A DNA stretch of 20,149 nt from Candidatus Thorarchaeota archaeon (GTDB lineage Archaea > Asgardarchaeota > Thorarchaeia > Thorarchaeales > Thorarchaeaceae). Below are positions 16,770 through 20,149 of this stretch, piece by piece. Position 1 is the stretch's first letter, and each line of letters begins with the position of its first letter. Where the stretch lies: NCBI GenBank assembly GCA_003345545.1, contig PRDH01000032.1, positions 1 through 20,149 on the forward strand. Direction: 5' to 3'. Below the pieces are notes generated by a model, which saw nothing but the letters and a program-made list of their open reading frames with translations, was not told the origin of the DNA and did not search any database. A program made the position numbers and the translations under genes.

Positions 16770-17680
16770 GAGATATGGTAGCTACGCGAGATATGCCACT
16801 CAGAGAATATGTACTGAAGGGAAATGCTGCATGTGCAGGATGCCAGGATATGGTTGCTCTCAGACACGCGTACAAGGCTTTGGAAGGCGACCTAATACAA
16901 GTCGTCCCTGCCTGTTGCACAAGTGTCGTGCAATCCCTCTGGCCGAAGAGCGGCCTTGACGTACCAGTCCTGAACACCGCCTTCATGGCGGCAGCTGCTA
17001 CAGCATCAGGCGTCAAGGCTGCACTAAAGGTGAAGGGTAACGATCATACAATGGTCATGGTTTGGGCCGGTGATGGTGGAACCTTCGACATCGGTATACA
17101 GGCCCTAAGTGGTGCGTTTGAACGAAGAACAGATATTCTGTATATTTGCTACAATAATCAAGTGTATAGTAACACAGGCACTCAACGGTCCAGTGCAACA
17201 CCGCTGCATGCCCAGACTACAACGACATGGCGTGGAAAGACCGAACCTGAGAAGTTGTTGGACCTCATTGTTGCCGCCCACGAACCTGTCTATCAGTTCA
17301 CAGCTAGTACAGCGTATCCGCGTGACCTGTATGAGAAGGTTCAGAAGTCTCGTCAATATCCAGGTCCGAAATTTGGACACATCTTCCTACCTTGCCCACA
17401 GGCTTGGAACTACCCGGTCGAGCAGGGTGCTGAAATTGGCAAGCTCGCTGTCGAAACAGGCTATTGGATTCTGTGGGAGCGCATCGGGGATGAATTCATA
17501 CTTGGGAAAGAGAGTAAGAGGTTTCAGGACCCAGCAAAGCGAAAGCCAATTGATGAGTTCTTGAAAATGCAGGGGCGATTCTCTCACCTATACAAACCGA
17601 CTCGCGATGACAAGAAGATCAAGGAGATTGAAGACTTCATTCAGCATCGATGGGATATCACTATGAAGACCTTCACTTAG
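16766..17680 (+). CDS. porB: 2-oxoacid:ferredoxin oxidoreductase beta subunit (TPP-binding)
   Basis: CAGC, PACC and PCP cluster cysteines. TPP/Mg motif GDGGTFDIG...YNNQVYSNTG.QRS.ATP. GTGA overlap with the porA stop; alternative ATG at 16775. Confidence 0.95.
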   Translation: MRDMVATRDMPLREYVLKGNAACAGCQDMVALRHAYKALEGDLIQVVPACCTSVVQSLWPKSGLDVPVLNTAFMAAAATASGVKAALKVKGNDHTMVMVWAGDGGTFDIGIQALSGAFERRTDILYICYNNQVYSNTGTQRSSATPLHAQTTTTWRGKTEPEKLLDLIVAAHEPVYQFTASTAYPRDLYEKVQKSRQYPGPKFGHIFLPCPQAWNYPVEQGAEIGKLAVETGYWILWERIGDEFILGKESKRFQDPAKRKPIDEFLKMQGRFSHLYKPTRDDKKIKEIEDFIQHRWDITMKTFT

Positions 17681-17701
17681 GTCTCTAATTGCGGCAGTGG
17701 T

Positions 17702-17754
17702 CCCACGCATCCTTTCTGCGGGGCATTTCTGGTTCATACTCACATTGAGAGTAT
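17702..17754. terminator. Possible bidirectional termination region between convergent genes
   Basis: Two small inverted repeats in a 74-bp convergent gap: CCC(A)CGCA-TCCTTTC-TGCGGGG (17702-17723) and ATACTC-ACATTGA-GAGTAT (17736-17754). No long U-tract. Confidence 0.3.
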
Positions 17755-19278
17755 TCACTTCTGCGCCTGAAGAGCAAGGTAGACTACGCCCCCTGTGAAC
17801 GCGGACACAATGCGTTTCACTCTATGCCTTTCATCAAGGCTATCCAAGTCTCCGCGAGAGATGCTGATTCTTGTTGCTTCCTCAGCGAAGTATCGAGAGA
17901 CCCATGGCAGATCGCCGAGTGCTGGTCCAAGATTCAATATCTGAAGGATATGAAACGAGGTTTCAAAGCATAGTTGCTCGGTGAACTTGTCCAGCTGCGC
18001 ACCGAGCGAGTCGGTATGTTTTTCGATCAGTTCCATTATTGCATCAAACGAATTGACTATCTCTTCCTCAAGATCATCTGCAGCTAGGGAACTTGACTGC
18101 GTTTTTTCAAGTCGTCGTCTCAAGTTGGCGAGGACAACTCGAAAACGCCTCTCGGGCGAGATCCGAGCCTTCTCGCCAAATCCAGCTCTTCTCTTGCAGT
18201 CCGATAGCTCCTCGTAGAGCTGCAGTGGTCTATCTTCGGATTCCATCACTCTGGCAGCGATCTCAATGTTCTCGCCAGCCAGAATATCGATGAACGCTTC
18301 AAGTGCTTTGTTCTTTCCACTGCCTAGACTCATCCTAAGTAGTCCGCTGTAGTAATCAGCTATTTCTCTCACCAGAAATGACGTGAATTCTCTCTCGGTC
18401 CATACCTGCTCTTTCCCTTGAATCGTTGAGAAGAATAGAGAACAAGTGGTCATTTTGGATGCGGCTCTACGCAGCACATCAATTGTTGATATTAGCCTTC
18501 CAAAGACTCTCGCGGTTCCCACTAGAGGCCAGTCGAATGGACTACTTGAGCCGCCTCCTGAGATCTGGTACGCAAGAGATGCTCTTGTCTGCATTGTGAT
18601 GATATAGAGTGTGGTTTCCTCAATGAGTCTGTGTTCTGGGAGGTTGAAGACCTTATCAAGATCGAAGGGGCAATTGGATGCCTTCATCACCATTAGTGCA
18701 ATCAATGCTCGGATTCTGTTTTTCCTCATCGAATCGTCGATTACATACCCGCTGTCAAGACCTGAGATTTCGAAGTACTCCTCGACAAATCCTCTATTGA
18801 TTAGTTCTAGCGACATGATCCTGTTGAGCACAGCACGCGACTCGTCTGAGGTCAACAAATTCTCCACTAGTGTTTCTAATCCTTGGTTTTCAATTTCACT
18901 GGGAAGAATAGTGGGACGTGCGCAGATTTTCGGAAGTATCATAATCCAGAGCATGGCGAGTGCACTACGTTTCCCAGCGAGAATCGCCTGCTCTTCTGTT
19001 TCCAGATAATCAATATTCGGTTTGAATCCTGCCCAGACTGGCACTGACATTAGAAACTTGACCTCGTCATCGTCCTGCAAAGCCCGTACGAGGATGTGCC
19101 TTTTCACAGATTCGAGGAGGTTAAACGGTTTGGCCCTCGTTTCAGAGGAGCTGGCAATGCCCAATTCATCACGAATTTCAATAGCATCCTTCTTCTGGAA
19201 CTCAGAGATTACTCCGAAGGCATAGCTCTGATGAAGATTATTGACAGCAAACTTGACAATCTCTGTCAGTTCTTTCAT
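17755..19278 (-). CDS. Hypothetical, mostly alpha-helical protein (507 aa)
   Basis: Long ORF. Its ATG overlaps the upstream stop (TGATG at 19276-19280). No motif recognised. Confidence 0.85.
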   Translation of the reverse strand: MKELTEIVKFAVNNLHQSYAFGVISEFQKKDAIEIRDELGIASSSETRAKPFNLLESVKRHILVRALQDDDEVKFLMSVPVWAGFKPNIDYLETEEQAILAGKRSALAMLWIMILPKICARPTILPSEIENQGLETLVENLLTSDESRAVLNRIMSLELINRGFVEEYFEISGLDSGYVIDDSMRKNRIRALIALMVMKASNCPFDLDKVFNLPEHRLIEETTLYIITMQTRASLAYQISGGGSSSPFDWPLVGTARVFGRLISTIDVLRRAASKMTTCSLFFSTIQGKEQVWTEREFTSFLVREIADYYSGLLRMSLGSGKNKALEAFIDILAGENIEIAARVMESEDRPLQLYEELSDCKRRAGFGEKARISPERRFRVVLANLRRRLEKTQSSSLAADDLEEEIVNSFDAIMELIEKHTDSLGAQLDKFTEQLCFETSFHILQILNLGPALGDLPWVSRYFAEEATRISISRGDLDSLDERHRVKRIVSAFTGGVVYLALQAQK

Positions 19279-20149
19279 CAGTCGCCCTCCTGTGATAGCC
19301 TATCTAAGACCTCTTCCTTGGATGTCCGCTTCTTGAGACCGGTTTTGATGAAGTGAAGCATCTCGATAATCGCTTCTTCCACGGTCGTTTCAGTTCCTGC
19401 TCCCATGAGTTTCGTGAATACAAGGCAATTCAGTTGACTCTCTAGCTCAGTTTCATCAGGACATGAAACTCCAGATTCACCTCTAAGATAGAGTGCCCGA
19501 TTGAGCACGCGGTAGTCGACTTCGACTACCCTGCCGTAGGGGTGTTTCTCATTTCTTACGTAGATACGCCGGCGTGGTGCCAATCCAAAGAAGTCTATAT
19601 CTTCCAAGAGCTTCATGAGCCTGGCCTGAAGAAAGGAACTGGATGCGTAGGCTCTCCTGAGTTCTGAGAGAGGCATATGTCCCGATAGACGCCGTGCCAG
19701 CTCAATCTCCTTGGAGTAGCTCATTTCTTCAACGGTTAGACCAGAGTCCTTCAGAAAATCCTCAGAGTGAAAACTTCCAAGTGTGTCAACTGTGATCTGG
19801 ACCGACTTTCCCTTACCCGTTTCATCGAGCATGAATCCCTTACTGATGTCAAGAGACCGAACATCCTCTGGACGGAAGCTGGATAAGGTCATTCCAAACC
19901 TCTCGTTCTGAGTCACCTCAATCAGGATTGCATCTACCGATGTTTCTTGACCTGAGCAGTAGAAGATCCCTGGAATGAAGGCATACAGGTTCATAGAATC
20001 TTGGCCGTCTAGCAAGCTGTCAAGAGGAATCGAGCCATGAGGTTTGTCATTTGAGGCCTCATTCTCTTTGCTTTCACTGGATGCCAAAAGGGCATCATCA
20101 ACTTCACCCTCACCTTGTCCAGTCTCTAGTTGATCTTCCAGTTTCGAGT
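19278..20149 (-). CDS. Hypothetical protein, 5'-truncated (at least 289 aa visible)
   Basis: The frame stays open past the track's TTG at 20087 to the window edge (SKLEDQLETGQGEGEVDDALLASSESK...). An acidic linker is followed by a globular C-terminal region. No family recognised. Confidence 0.85.
   Translation of the reverse strand, partial: SKLEDQLETGQGEGEVDDALLASSESKENEASNDKPHGSIPLDSLLDGQDSMNLYAFIPGIFYCSGQETSVDAILIEVTQNERFGMTLSSFRPEDVRSLDISKGFMLDETGKGKSVQITVDTLGSFHSEDFLKDSGLTVEEMSYSKEIELARRLSGHMPLSELRRAYASSSFLQARLMKLLEDIDFFGLAPRRRIYVRNEKHPYGRVVEVDYRVLNRALYLRGESGVSCPDETELESQLNCLVFTKLMGAGTETTVEEAIIEMLHFIKTGLKKRTSKEEVLDRLSQEGD

Noticed and set aside
20085-20087. TTG start of the last ORF
   Set aside because: The frame is open to the window edge and no SD-like site is evident, so the real start is probably outside.
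1-20149. CRISPR array, diversity-generating retroelement, transposase/integrase, tRNA/rRNA, intein
   Set aside because: I saw no nucleotide-level repeat-spacer array, adenine-variant TR/VR pair, RT, recombinase or splicing motifs by eye. The repeats are diverged protein domains.

Overview
Archaeal window. The gene set, GTG starts with GAGG/AGGTG Shine-Dalgarno sites and a longin-type domain point to an Asgard archaeon, possibly Thorarchaeota (inference). The left two-thirds (1-13627, minus strand) holds two tandem paralogous giant single-pass surface proteins. Protein A is 2967 aa (4724-13627). Protein B is at least 1493 aa (4479 to beyond the left edge) and is missing from the ORF track because its stop lies outside the window; I translated it by hand and found no in-frame stop. 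Both share a signal peptide, a ~500-aa head domain and ~100-aa Ig-like stalk repeats (about 23 in A, about 6 in B), are rich in N-glycosylation sequons, and have one TM anchor. Their cytoplasmic ends differ: A has a bare winged-helix-like domain, B has a longin-like domain, a winged-helix-like domain and a Pro/Glu-rich tail. A palindrome GAnAGCTnTC lies upstream of both genes. This pair is the best candidate for an undescribed system, a surface-to-cytoplasm receptor pair. The right part contains a DUF2299-like gene, a carbon-nitrogen hydrolase, a divergent 2-oxoacid:ferredoxin oxidoreductase delta-alpha-beta operon lacking gamma and preceded by a possible structured leader RNA, and two coupled hypothetical genes, the last cut by the right edge.
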